Shown in pieces: positions 50,058 through 59,414 of a stretch of 64,000 bases of DNA (positions are counted from its first letter, which is position 1; every line of letters starts with the position of its first letter). This DNA comes from Myxococcota bacterium (lineage in GTDB: Bacteria > Myxococcota_A > SURF-8): positions 2,720,001 to 2,784,000 of the forward strand of contig OZ223209.1 of NCBI GenBank assembly GCA_965140415.1, read 5' to 3'. A program made the position numbers and the translations under genes. The notes under the pieces are model-generated. The model was not told the DNA's origin. It worked only from the letters and a program-made list of their open reading frames with translations, and did not search any database.

Positions 50058-50324
50058 CTACTGGTTGACCACCACGCCACCGTCGACCTTCGGCGTGAGC
50101 GCGATGATGTCGCCGTCGTCGGGACGTTCGTGCAATTGGGTGTGGACGCCGTTCAGCGTCGCCATGTAGCCTTCGCTCTGAAAGCCCGCCGAGAGGAGAG
50201 CATCGGCGCAGGTAGAGCCCGCCGGGACGGTGACCTGGTGCTGCCTGCCGATCGAGACGACGGTGACGCGGATGCCGTGATTGCGGTTCTGGGACTGCTG
50301 GTCGTTGCTCTGATTCTGATCCAT
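50058..50324 (-). CDS. Ubiquitin-like (ThiS/MoaD beta-grasp) protein with GG plus a 5-residue extension
   Basis: 88 aa after AGGAGG: IRVTVV...VTVPAGSTCADAL...TLNG...DGDIIALTPKVDGG-VVVNQ*. Confidence 0.85.
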   Translation of the reverse strand: MDQNQSNDQQSQNRNHGIRVTVVSIGRQHQVTVPAGSTCADALLSAGFQSEGYMATLNGVHTQLHERPDDGDIIALTPKVDGGVVVNQ

Positions 50325-50427
50325 GGTTTCCTCCTGGGATTGGAATGGTGGGCGATAGTGCCCGGACAGAAAAACGCCGCCTCGTGGGCGGCTGTGGTCG
50401 ATTACTGTTGCTGTCGTGGGGGGGTCG

Positions 50428-51186
50428 TTACTCGGCTCTGTCGCCGTTCTCCTCGTCCCCATTGGGCTGGATAACGCCACGCAGGTTCTCGAAGATCGTC
50501 TTGAACTGCCTGATTTCCTGCTCGTTGCAGTCTTCTTCCTTCGCCAACTCCAACACGGCATACGTACCGATGGGCATGGTGAGCGAGAGGCGGGTTTTAC
50601 ACGTGAACAGCGGCAGGTCGGCGCGCTGACCGTCCGGAAGCTGGAGCTTTCCGAGGAAGTGGCGCGCCAGATAGCGCTGGACGGGTTTGCGCGACGTGGC
50701 TTTGGCACGGACGATGAACGGATTTTCATCATCCAGATCGATACCAAGCAAGCTGTACACGACATCGCAGTCGGGAGCGGTGGGCTGGCTGTTACCGCGA
50801 CCCCACAAGCGATGTCGGCAGGTGGCGCAGTCCACGACCTCGCCGTCGGTGCGGACACCTTCCACGCCGTCATCCGAACGGCAGTGTTCGGTCATGCCGG
50901 AAGTCTCGCTGTACGTGGCCCACCTTCGGGACTTCTTGATGTGCAACAGGACGCAGGTGATCTCGTCTTTGGCTTCACCAGTCAGGCTGTTGACGAAAAT
51001 GTCTTTCGGAGCCCAGGTTCCGTTATGGAGCTGACGGCGGGTGTTGTAAGCATAGGAAGGGAGCGGCCGATCTTCATTGTCCAGATGGGACAGGGCCTGA
51101 AGACCGGCCAGCTCTTCGATGAGGGATTGGGGGATGGGAAGAATTGGCGCGCCCGTCGCCGGAGGGGAATGGGTGTTCTCGGTCAT
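50428..51186 (-). CDS. Phage-like hypothetical protein (possible SSB-like fold with Cys4 insert)
   Basis: CRSDDG...CATC...W...PDC pattern, acidic tail, GAGGAG RBS. Confidence 0.55.
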   Translation of the reverse strand: MTENTHSPPATGAPILPIPQSLIEELAGLQALSHLDNEDRPLPSYAYNTRRQLHNGTWAPKDIFVNSLTGEAKDEITCVLLHIKKSRRWATYSETSGMTEHCRSDDGVEGVRTDGEVVDCATCRHRLWGRGNSQPTAPDCDVVYSLLGIDLDDENPFIVRAKATSRKPVQRYLARHFLGKLQLPDGQRADLPLFTCKTRLSLTMPIGTYAVLELAKEEDCNEQEIRQFKTIFENLRGVIQPNGDEENGDRAE

Positions 51187-51261
51187 GGCGTTTCTCCTCT
51201 GTGAAATTGGGATAGGAAGTAGGAATGGTATTGCGCGACGCCTTCGGGAGCGTGATCGTCA

Positions 51262-51963
51262 TCAGACCGAAAGAGAAAGCTTCGCCGTCTGAGCCAGTTC
51301 GCGGCCAAGCGCCTTCAGGCGATGATGGGCTCGGCTGACGCTCATCCCGACCGCCTTTCCGCACTCCTGGAAACTGCCTCCGGCCAGGCGCGCCGCCAGC
51401 AAGCGGCGATCTTGCTCGGTCTGCTCGTCAAGCCAGGCTTCCAGGTCGAAGGCGCTGACGAGCTGGTCCTCCACGTCGCGGGTCGCCGCGTAGGAGACGG
51501 CGTCAACGAAGCTCATGGGATTGTCGCGGGTCAGATCGTTGTCGGCATAGGGACCGGGCTCCACGTCGGGCAAACCGTCGAAGCGCAGAACTTGGATGCC
51601 GTCCCACAGACAGGCCATTGCGCCCATGACATCCCGGCGACGGCGACGACCGGGGACGAAGCAGTGGGACGGATCGAAAGCCTTGAGTCGCAGGCCATGA
51701 ACGAGCGCCCCGCGGTCGGTGGAATGACCTTTCATCGCCGCGGAATAATAATCGCGCCAGATCAGGCACAGGGCTTCCTGGAATCGGTCTTCCGCATCGT
51801 GCGCGTCGTCCAAGTGGCGCATGACCGGATTGAAGATGTCATCGGCGATCATGTCGCTGAAATTCGCGTTGATCGCTTCGTGGGAAAGGGGAAGAGGTGA
51901 ATTCAATTGAAGGGGATGATGGGGGTGATCGGGTTGGGAATCGGTTTGCATACAGTTTTCCAT
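51262..51963 (-). CDS. Sigma-70/ECF-like factor or region-4 HTH regulator
   Basis: AEDRFQEALCLIW (region 2-like); DLEAWLD...DRRLL...GGSFQECGKAVGMSVSRAHHRL (region 4-like). Confidence 0.65.
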   Translation of the reverse strand: MENCMQTDSQPDHPHHPLQLNSPLPLSHEAINANFSDMIADDIFNPVMRHLDDAHDAEDRFQEALCLIWRDYYSAAMKGHSTDRGALVHGLRLKAFDPSHCFVPGRRRRRDVMGAMACLWDGIQVLRFDGLPDVEPGPYADNDLTRDNPMSFVDAVSYAATRDVEDQLVSAFDLEAWLDEQTEQDRRLLAARLAGGSFQECGKAVGMSVSRAHHRLKALGRELAQTAKLSLSV

Positions 51964-52598
51964 GATTCGGACCTCCTGGTCGTGTTCAACGCGCACGAAG
52001 GCCGTTACCACCGGCCCACGCGCAGCGTCGCCGCCTTGCGGGCGGTGGGGTTGATTGGGGCGGGAAACATATCCCGCCGATCCTTGATTTATGGGTACGC
52101 GCCGTGAAAATCAGCGCGGGTTTGAGCTATAAGACTTGTGTCAAAACTTGGTGCTGGCCGTTCGGGCGGACGCGAATCGTCCGGACGTCGTGGATCCGCG
52201 CTCGCGAGGCTGGTTGGGAAATATGAGACGAGCCGGATATCAGATTCGTCACTGTTTTCTTATAGTAAAATCCAGACGGAACTTGCATTTCCAGGTCTGC
52301 TGAGCCCGTTTCATCGGAAAAATCGTCCCCAAAAATATTTGAAAGGCCGTTTTTTTCAATGGATTTGATTTTTCTCTGGAGTGAAAATAGAAAAATATGG
52401 CCGTCGTTCTAACGAAAGGGCTGATCGAAGGAATATGGAGCGTTGTTTGGCTTATGAATACCGACAAGGCGGGTGTCGCAATTGTCGGTGCTTGGGTCCG
52501 AACGGACCTGATTGTGAGCAGGGGGTGGGTCCCCTATGGGGCTGGAATTGAAATCTCCGTAGGGCTAGGGGAATACGAGTCGGTATCCTCTACCGGGT

Positions 52599-52858
52599 GG
52601 AGTGTGCAAGCATCTCGCCGACGGTTCACCCGCAGGAATCCCGATTTCTCCGGCGTTGTATGCCAGAGTGTACGAATCAAACCGAACCGGTGGAGCCTTC
52701 ACGTCGTGCAGAGTGTACAAGCCGAACCGAAACAGGCTGGAGCCTACAAGGCTTGCAGAGTATGCAACGTCAGTCTGAATGTGTAGAGCGCTCATTGCGC
52801 AGAGTGTACAAAATATTGGCTCCGCTAGAGTGTACGAATCAAACCGAACCGGTGGAGC
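52599..52858. repeat. Degenerate ~45-bp tandem repeats with AGAGTGTAC core; exact 32-bp repeat at 52665 and 52827
   Basis: Cores at 52665, 52710, 52757, 52801 and 52827. Confidence 0.85.
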
Positions 52859-52966
52859 ATACGCGCTTGGTCAGTTACTGTCGAATCCCCGTATTGCAGA
52901 AAGGAGGATAATGTCCCCCAGGTGGTGCTGGACGTTTCTGCGGAAAACGTTTTCCGCCCGCGTCTC

Positions 52967-53188
52967 TCAATCGCCTTCCAGATCGACACCATGGGCGAGC
53001 AAAAGTGCTTCAAGCCGGTTTACCCGGAGCTTCAAGTCGTTCAGGAGTTCGGCGCGTTGCTGCTGGGCTTCAATGTAGGCAGGCAATGCTTCTCTCGCCG
53101 CTTCCAGGTGGGGGTTCACCGGCGTGACAGTGTCTTCGCCGTTACCGGGTTTAACGTTGTTTGCGGGCGTCGGGTTTATATCGCTCAT
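52967..53188 (-). CDS. Small coiled-coil hypothetical protein
   Basis: 73 aa, GGAGG RBS, last gene of the HTH cluster. Confidence 0.6.
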   Translation of the reverse strand: MSDINPTPANNVKPGNGEDTVTPVNPHLEAAREALPAYIEAQQQRAELLNDLKLRVNRLEALLLAHGVDLEGD

Positions 53189-53208
53189 GGCTTCCTCCGT
53201 GTAACTGG

Positions 53209-53643
53209 TTATTCGAACAGGTTCCGCAGGCTACCCTTAGATGGCCGGTCCCAGTTGGCGAACCAGAGCGGTTTGAGCGGCTCGCCGTTCTCATCCCTGG
53301 AGGTATTCATGGCCAGCGGGACCATCTTCATGTACGACCCTTCGCGCACTAGATCATATCCATTTCTGCGGCACTCTTCGCGTGCGACCCGAGTGACCCA
53401 TGATCCCCGTTTGTCGTCCAGCAGGGCGTAGTAGCCGCCAGCGTTCCATTTCCGAACCCATTCGCGGACCGACGCGGTCGAGCAGTTCGATTCCTTCGCG
53501 GAAGATTGTTGGGATTTGCCCTCCATCAACATGTGGATAGCGCGCAAGCGAAGTTGGAGCCGGTCATCTGATTCCCGGTCTATCATAGACTGGAGCTGTG
53601 CAGGACTGAACAGTGTCTGATCCGGTCGTTTCAGCGTCGGCAT
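53209..53643 (-). CDS. Transposase-type (IS630-like) HTH protein without catalytic domain
   Basis: RLRAIHMLMEGKS...VREWVRKWNAGGYYALLDDKRG. Confidence 0.7.
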   Translation of the reverse strand: MPTLKRPDQTLFSPAQLQSMIDRESDDRLQLRLRAIHMLMEGKSQQSSAKESNCSTASVREWVRKWNAGGYYALLDDKRGSWVTRVAREECRRNGYDLVREGSYMKMVPLAMNTSRDENGEPLKPLWFANWDRPSKGSLRNLFE

Positions 53644-54170
53644 GGGGTAACCCCTATCGCACGGTTCAGTTTCGCAATCGAGTCCTCCAGCTCCTGCCAC
53701 TGTTCATTTTTCGCCGTCCGGCAAACTGCAGGTGAAATAGCGAGGGGGACTGCGCGAGGTTTGCAGTCTCCCAGTAGAACATCCATGCCGTGATCGCGAA
53801 GGTATTTCCGCTGTGGAGGGAAGATCGGATCTTTGCCGGTCGGAGTGCGGAGCAGGAATAACCCCTCGTAGCTGCCCACGTTCCAGAATCGTGTCCATAG
53901 GACCAGTTCTTCACCGCTGATATCCTGTCGCTCAAGAATCCAGCGCCAGGACCGGCCAAGCATCAACGCTCGTATAGTGCGCAATCTGCGGACAGGTTCC
54001 TCTTCTTTGCCTTCCCGGATGAAGTACTCGATCTGCTCAACATCTTCCTGCAAGGCCCCTTTCGGCAGAAAGGTCGGATTTCTCTCCATCGGAATTCTCA
54101 TCAGTTCCAGGATGTACGACCTTACCCGATCAGCATAGACCCCATTATTTCTATTCGTCATCTTCTGCAC
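53631..54170 (-). CDS. Transposase-type HTH protein
   Basis: RRLRTIRALMLGRS...WTRFWNVGSYEGL...TGKDPIF. Confidence 0.6.
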   Translation of the reverse strand: MQKMTNRNNGVYADRVRSYILELMRIPMERNPTFLPKGALQEDVEQIEYFIREGKEEEPVRRLRTIRALMLGRSWRWILERQDISGEELVLWTRFWNVGSYEGLFLLRTPTGKDPIFPPQRKYLRDHGMDVLLGDCKPRAVPLAISPAVCRTAKNEQWQELEDSIAKLNRAIGVTPCRR

Positions 54171-54423
54171 CTCGTTTCTGGCGCAATCCCGCAGCTTCCA
54201 TCACACTGGATGGGCCGAACCTTTTGTCGATCAGTCCGCTTTCGTTTCCCGCAAGGAACTGCTGCCGCCACCGGTATGCACTGCTGCGGCTGATGTTTAG
54301 TATCCGCGCCGCCGTTGCTACCGGTTCTCTGCGGCCAACGACGGCATGCAGAAACAGAGTCCGCAGCCAAAGCTGACGCTCGGGCTGAAAGACGAAAGGA
54401 TCAATGGGCATTGTGTCGAACAT
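54151..54423 (-). CDS. Transposase-type HTH protein
   Basis: VATAARILNISRSSAYRWRQQFLAGNESGLIDKRFGP. Confidence 0.7.
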   Translation of the reverse strand: MFDTMPIDPFVFQPERQLWLRTLFLHAVVGRREPVATAARILNISRSSAYRWRQQFLAGNESGLIDKRFGPSSVMEAAGLRQKRGAEDDE

Positions 54424-54632
54424 CGCCAGTCTTCCTTGGACGGTTAGGATTCAGGAATCGCGGATTCACCATAGAATTCAGGTGGTCCGGTGAATCCGTG
54501 AGTCCCAACCATTGTTTTTAGGATACACCAAGCAAGAGTTATAAGTCAAGACTACTAAATGATTAGATACTATTCACTGGACGGAACAAGCTCCTGTACG
54601 TACAATGCTGCGATATGCTTTCGGGAGGTGAC

Positions 54633-55625
54633 ATGCCCAGACCAAAGCTCGACCCCAAACAACGACTGCGCCTGCGCGCACTCAAGCGCGCGGAAAAGGT
54701 CGGCATGACCGCTGCGGCAAAGGAGTCCGGGATATCGCGCGTCATGCTGCACCGGTGGCGCGATCGGTTCGAGGCCGATGGAGTCGAGGGATTGCGCGAC
54801 CGTTCTCATCGTCCGCACCGTACACGGGCCACATCACCGGAGGTGGCTGAGCAGGTGATTCGGACTGCGCTTCAGCATCCCACCCATGGTTGCCGCAAAA
54901 TCGTCGGCGCGCTAGCCGAGCGGGGCATTTCTCTGAGCGAGCCGACCGTTCAGGGCATTCTGGTCGATCGGGAACTCGGCCTGGCTGAACAGCGTGTGGG
55001 AATGGTCGAGCGGCGTATCCTCAACGGCGTGTGCAAGCCATCCTCCGAGCTTCTCGCCGAGGTGGAGGCGGCGGATCCTTCGTTTCGTGAACGGGTTCGT
55101 CCAATACCTCGACCGGGCAGCCTTCTCATATCCGACATCCTTCGCGCAGGCATCACTGAGGACGGGAGACGGCTGCAGGTCGTAGTGGTAGTGGACGCCG
55201 GGAGTGCTTGCGCCTGGGCAATGCCGTTCACGGACATCGGGCACCTGCCGCACATCGAGATCTTGCGCAGTCAGGTTATGCCGGATCTTGAGGAATGGGG
55301 GGCTAAGCCCTTTAGCATACTCACCCCGAATCGCGCGCCATGGACCAAGGATAGTCCGGAAGGACGGGCATTCAGGATGTGGTGCCGCGAGGGATTCCAC
55401 CTACGGCAGAAGTTTCAGCCGGAGGGAGTACAGAACGGGTACATTGAGTCGTTCAAGCGCGAATTTCAATCCTGGTTCCGCGGGGAGGGACTGCACGGCG
55501 CGCCGATAATGAAGATCGAGCAGGCTCTGGGAAAATGGCTGAGTGTGCAGAACCGGCAGGCGAGGGGGACATACCCCTGCTTCGGCCGAACGCCTCTTGA
55601 GACGATCCGGCCGAAGCAAGGGTGA
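54633..55625 (+). CDS. IS481-like transposase homologue with degenerate catalytic core
   Basis: HTH GISRVMLHRWRDRFEADGVEGLRDRSHRP; PRPGSLLISD, ILTPNR (TDNG position), QNGYIESF, GRTP. Confidence 0.75.
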   Translation: MPRPKLDPKQRLRLRALKRAEKVGMTAAAKESGISRVMLHRWRDRFEADGVEGLRDRSHRPHRTRATSPEVAEQVIRTALQHPTHGCRKIVGALAERGISLSEPTVQGILVDRELGLAEQRVGMVERRILNGVCKPSSELLAEVEAADPSFRERVRPIPRPGSLLISDILRAGITEDGRRLQVVVVVDAGSACAWAMPFTDIGHLPHIEILRSQVMPDLEEWGAKPFSILTPNRAPWTKDSPEGRAFRMWCREGFHLRQKFQPEGVQNGYIESFKREFQSWFRGEGLHGAPIMKIEQALGKWLSVQNRQARGTYPCFGRTPLETIRPKQG

Positions 55626-55643
55626 CTAGGAACACCATAGTAA

Positions 55644-56153
55644 CTACTTGAACTCCGATCGGATAGCATGAGGGGTGTCGCTGAGCTCATTGTCAATCCA
55701 ATCCTTCAGGTAGTTCTTTTGGCCCGCCACAAGATCGCTGATAGCTTTCACTCCGGTCCTGTGGGTCTCCGCCATCTTATCAAACCAGATCGAGTCATAG
55801 AGACCGTAATCCGTTTGGAGAGTCTCCTCCACCATCTTTTTAAGAACGGATGGAAAAGCCTTCAATATCTGCCAATTCGTGACACCCCACCGAATCAAGA
55901 TGAAGTCATCTTCTGCGTATACCTTTACCAGTGCCTCAATGTCGTCTGCCAGGTTGTAAAGCCTATTCCAATGCAGTTGAACAGCCTCCCCAATTACATC
56001 ATTAGCGAGTGATTGCTCAAGATCGCGCGCATGATCGACTACCCAGCGGAATTCACCGATTTGCCGTTCTACTTTAACAAATCTCGCCTCCAAGTCTTCT
56101 ACTTTATCGAGCAGAAGAAATAAAAACGTACCATACTCGTGACGATCCATCAT
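55644..56153 (-). CDS. Hypothetical protein
   Basis: 169 aa, AAGGAG RBS, last gene of the polymerase operon. Confidence 0.65.
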   Translation of the reverse strand: MMDRHEYGTFLFLLLDKVEDLEARFVKVERQIGEFRWVVDHARDLEQSLANDVIGEAVQLHWNRLYNLADDIEALVKVYAEDDFILIRWGVTNWQILKAFPSVLKKMVEETLQTDYGLYDSIWFDKMAETHRTGVKAISDLVAGQKNYLKDWIDNELSDTPHAIRSEFK

Positions 56154-56170
56154 GTTCTCCTTGCCTCCTT

Positions 56171-56611
56171 TTAATCCTCATTGTTATTGGGTTTAGGACA
56201 ATCCAGGATCATCACCACAGGAGCCTCGTTTGTCCCCTCATTCAGTCGCTCAATCAGCCCGGCTTTCTTCAGAGCCTTGAGCGCGCGAGATTTGCTACTG
56301 CTGGAGAGATTCATCTCCTCCAACACACGGTGGTTCGAGAGTTTGACGACTGCGGTGCCATCTCGCAGCCCTCCCAAGTGCCAGAGCATTATGCCGACGG
56401 CTAGAGCCTTTCCGGGACAATGTGCCGCACGTGATATCCAATCCCATGGTATTGGCCCCAAAAGGAAATATTCACGGCTGCTCCGATCATGTCGTGGTAG
56501 AGGATGGTCAATCGCATTCTGGGACTTCGGTTTTCCCGACTTTGTCCGTGGAGTCTTTTTCGCGTTGACGAGTTGGTTAAAGATCTTCTGCTTTTTATCA
56601 CTGGGACACAT
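56171..56611 (-). CDS. Winged-helix DNA-binding protein
   Basis: FLLGPIPWDWISRA...KALAVG...LSSSSKSRALKALKKAGLI. Confidence 0.65.
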   Translation of the reverse strand: MCPSDKKQKIFNQLVNAKKTPRTKSGKPKSQNAIDHPLPRHDRSSREYFLLGPIPWDWISRAAHCPGKALAVGIMLWHLGGLRDGTAVVKLSNHRVLEEMNLSSSSKSRALKALKKAGLIERLNEGTNEAPVVMILDCPKPNNNED

Positions 56612-56882
56612 TTTTCCCTCCCCCCTCGCGCTCCCCCCTCTGGCAGGAGGAGACCCCGAGGCAACCTCCGGTTGGACCGAGGCGCAAAACGGGCACCTCC
56701 CTCCGGTCGATTTGCGCAAAATCCTGCAAGCCATTGGGGTGCCTCATAGGCCCTGTCGATACATGGCCTATACGACTACCCCAACTAGACAGTGATAAGA
56801 TGGACCTGGGGTTCGGTACTGCAACGCCAGGGTTGCAGGGTCGGGACACAGCGTCCCGCATTTGCACAGGTTGATGTTTCAT
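56598..56882 (-). CDS. Possible small hypothetical protein
   Basis: ATGA overlap with the polymerase stop; AAGGAG RBS. Confidence 0.35.
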   Translation of the reverse strand: MKHQPVQMRDAVSRPCNPGVAVPNPRSILSLSSWGSRIGHVSTGPMRHPNGLQDFAQIDRREVPVLRLGPTGGCLGVSSCQRGEREGGGKNVSQ

Positions 56883-58555
56883 GGTTGAACGACTCCTTTC
56901 TCGATTGTTGATGTGAAATTTGACCAGAGCTCTCCACCGACGTCGGAGGCATAGTGGTTGGGGCCATCCACCTGCCACTCGATCTCGGCATCAAGCGCAA
57001 AACCCTCCAGGACCATCCCGGAGGCATCTCTCATAGCCTGTTGGGTGGTTTTTACAATCTCGTTGATCTCATTCGTCGGACCCTGGATCAGCAGGGCGTC
57101 GTGGACCGGCAGCAGTACCTGGACCCCGCGCTCCATCGCCAGCATATGGGCGAGGCGGATCATCTCAGCGCCAGTGGACTGCTGCATCCAGTTCCGGATG
57201 GATTCGATGCTGGTGGTCGGAGTGACGGCAACCTTCCAGCCGAAGCGGGTCTTCATCTGTCGATCTAACAGGGCCTGGTTGACAATGTCATTCGACCAGC
57301 GGTGATAGATGTGGAACGTCTCCTCAAACTGGCGGCGGATCTCGCGAGCATAAGCGGGTGGTGTGTTCGTGTAGGCTGCGAGTTTTATGTTGCCCATCCC
57401 ATAACCAAGTGCGAGCGAGGCCAGCTTGTAACGGTTGCGCTCAGACCTGTGGGTCTTTTTCGTCGCATTGTCCGGCACGGCCCCACAGCGCCGGGCGAAG
57501 CCAATATAGAAATCCCCGTCCTGATAGGCTGCGATCATTTCCGTATCACCGGATAGCACCGCACCGATCCCGATTTCCTGGGTGCGGTAGTCAATGTAGA
57601 CCAGCGACCAACCCGTAGGAGGCTGTATCAGATGCCGGAACACCTTCGGGTACCCCATGACACAAGCCGCCGTACTGAACTGCGTCCGGCCTGTGACCGA
57701 GCGGAACGGCAACAGTCTGGAGCGATTCCGGCCGTCTTCGCCGATTGTGAGGCCTGTGGAACGCATCTGGTTCAGGGACCAGATAATTTGGTAGACGGGT
57801 TTCATGGCGGGATAAGCCCGGGCCAAGTCCTTCTGCGTGTCCTGTTTTATGATCGGCTTGTGGTTGGAATCGACGGGCCAGCGGACGCCATGTTTGACGG
57901 CATAGCGTAGCAGGGTGTCCACGTTCAGTTCATCATCCACGAAAAGATGCGCAATGGCCGGCTCCTGGCGCATGATGGCGCGTCGAATGCGTTTCCAGTT
58001 GGATTTGATCGCGCGCCATGTGAGCCGGTTCACGGGGATGCCGAGGATCTCGGACTGCGCGGCGGCGAGGACGTATTGGGACCGCAGGAGCGCCTGCCTT
58101 ATCAATAACTGATCGGTCGGCTGGAGGCACCCCAAGAGCTCGATCAAGGCGAGCAGATTCTGGTTTTCCGGACGCGCGCTTTCTGGTGGCCGGATGTTCC
58201 ACACGGTCAGCGCATCGAGGAAGGTTTCGAGGTCATTCCTGTCCACGATACCGTTGGTAAACCGCCGGATTTCTATTTTCAGGTCGAGCAGCTGATCAGG
58301 AATTGGCCAGCCCAGAATGCGGAAGGTCAAAATGACGGGGATAGTATCGTAGGCCACAACCAACGTATCTCTCCCGACGGGAAACGGCGGTTCTGATGCG
58401 CGCCGGAGATCGTTACAGTCGAGATGGATCAACTGACCAGATATCAGATCGTAGGTTTTCAGAGACTGGGGTTTCGGCAACTCCCCAGGGGACTCCACAG
58501 TCTGCACACCAACAGCGACGATATTTCGGTATTTGTTCGCAAGTACGGAGACCAT
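56879..58555 (-). CDS. Family A DNA polymerase (MGE type, no 5'-3' exonuclease domain)
   Basis: SVTGR, motif A YIDYRTQE, motif B RNRYKLASLALGYG, NWMQQSTGAE, motif C PVHDALL. Confidence 0.9.
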   Translation of the reverse strand: MVSVLANKYRNIVAVGVQTVESPGELPKPQSLKTYDLISGQLIHLDCNDLRRASEPPFPVGRDTLVVAYDTIPVILTFRILGWPIPDQLLDLKIEIRRFTNGIVDRNDLETFLDALTVWNIRPPESARPENQNLLALIELLGCLQPTDQLLIRQALLRSQYVLAAAQSEILGIPVNRLTWRAIKSNWKRIRRAIMRQEPAIAHLFVDDELNVDTLLRYAVKHGVRWPVDSNHKPIIKQDTQKDLARAYPAMKPVYQIIWSLNQMRSTGLTIGEDGRNRSRLLPFRSVTGRTQFSTAACVMGYPKVFRHLIQPPTGWSLVYIDYRTQEIGIGAVLSGDTEMIAAYQDGDFYIGFARRCGAVPDNATKKTHRSERNRYKLASLALGYGMGNIKLAAYTNTPPAYAREIRRQFEETFHIYHRWSNDIVNQALLDRQMKTRFGWKVAVTPTTSIESIRNWMQQSTGAEMIRLAHMLAMERGVQVLLPVHDALLIQGPTNEINEIVKTTQQAMRDASGMVLEGFALDAEIEWQVDGPNHYASDVGGELWSNFTSTIEKGVVQP

Positions 58556-58556
58556 T

Positions 58557-59222
58557 TTAGAGCCTCCGTCCGGTCAGCGCAGTCAGAACGTGGTGGTTGG
58601 GCTCGTCGATGTAGTAATCCTGGAAGGCCAGGTTAACGAGTTCCTCGTCGGTTTCCTCAGGCCATTGTGGCTCCTTGTAGTATCCGGCTATCACGATGCC
58701 GCTTTTGACAGAAGAATAATTCAGGATTCGTATCCAGGTCGATTTTGCTTTTTCAATCGCCTGGTCCTGTAGGCGCCAGAACGGCGACCGTTTGCGATCC
58801 TCGGTATTGTAAAGCACTGGCCATAGAAACGCAGCGCCCCATTGGTTGACCGTTACGTGCAGGATGTAGGGCTCAAGTTCAGCCGCCAATTGGTCAAGGT
58901 AGTCATCTGCGACATTGTATATCTCGTTATCTCGCCGCCAGTTCAATAGGGGGAGACCTTTTTTACGTTCCGGATGAACACGAACAAATTCCTGCGGCAA
59001 GGGACGCCGGCAGGCAACTGGTAGGTGAAGCGATTGGGTTGAGTGAAATTGCTGGTGCGTTTCTGCGATTGAACCGGTCTGCGCACGCCTGGCCATCGCG
59101 GCGATATCGGATGGTCTACTGAGTGAAATTCGGTGGGCAGGTCTCTCGACGCGGACACCAGAGGATGTAGGAGTGCGAGAATGTCGATTACGTTCACCTA
59201 TTTTACGAGAATTATTAATCAT
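58557..59222 (-). CDS. Hypothetical protein, possibly ssDNA-binding accessory of the polymerase
   Basis: RRPLPQEFVRVHP...FLWPV...AIEKAKSTWIRI...EPQWP...HHVL; 1 bp from the polymerase start. Confidence 0.6.
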   Translation of the reverse strand: MINNSRKIGERNRHSRTPTSSGVRVERPAHRISLSRPSDIAAMARRAQTGSIAETHQQFHSTQSLHLPVACRRPLPQEFVRVHPERKKGLPLLNWRRDNEIYNVADDYLDQLAAELEPYILHVTVNQWGAAFLWPVLYNTEDRKRSPFWRLQDQAIEKAKSTWIRILNYSSVKSGIVIAGYYKEPQWPEETDEELVNLAFQDYYIDEPNHHVLTALTGRRL

Positions 59223-59252
59223 CTCAATCTCCTTTCATGACCCGGCTGATAA

Positions 59253-59268
59253 AGCATCATGCGTGCCA
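59253..59268 (-). promoter_or_regulatory. Putative sigma-54 promoter for the SSB-like/PolA operon
   Basis: TGGCAC-GCATG-ATGCT; TTGGCAAG and TTGGAAAG at 59340 and 59361. Confidence 0.65.
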
Positions 59269-59414
59269 GGATCGCATCTGTCTGATTTCACGTGGTTTGT
59301 TCTGTTTACGGTCAATCCGGAAATTGCCGTTTTCCGCGTTTGGCAAGAATTGTGGGGGATTTGGAAAGTATCCCACGCCCCATGCACTGGACACGAGGCG
59401 TGGGTGATACCTCG

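Noticed and set aside
47653-50324. CBASS (Cap2/Cap3) or canonical PRTRC call
   Set aside because: No CD-NTase, effector, E1-E2 fusion or ParB recognised.
50325-50873. Long N-terminal extension of the Ubl ORF (271 aa in the track)
   Set aside because: Overlaps 50428-51186 in another frame; a strong AGGAGG RBS supports the start at 50324.
52090-52105. Fourth sigma-54 promoter before the sigma-like/Ubl operon
   Set aside because: CGGCGC is present but the -12 GC is missing, and no 21-bp-spaced repeats were seen.
52599-52858. CRISPR array
   Set aside because: Units are degenerate along their whole length, spacing is irregular, there are no unique spacers and no cas genes were seen.
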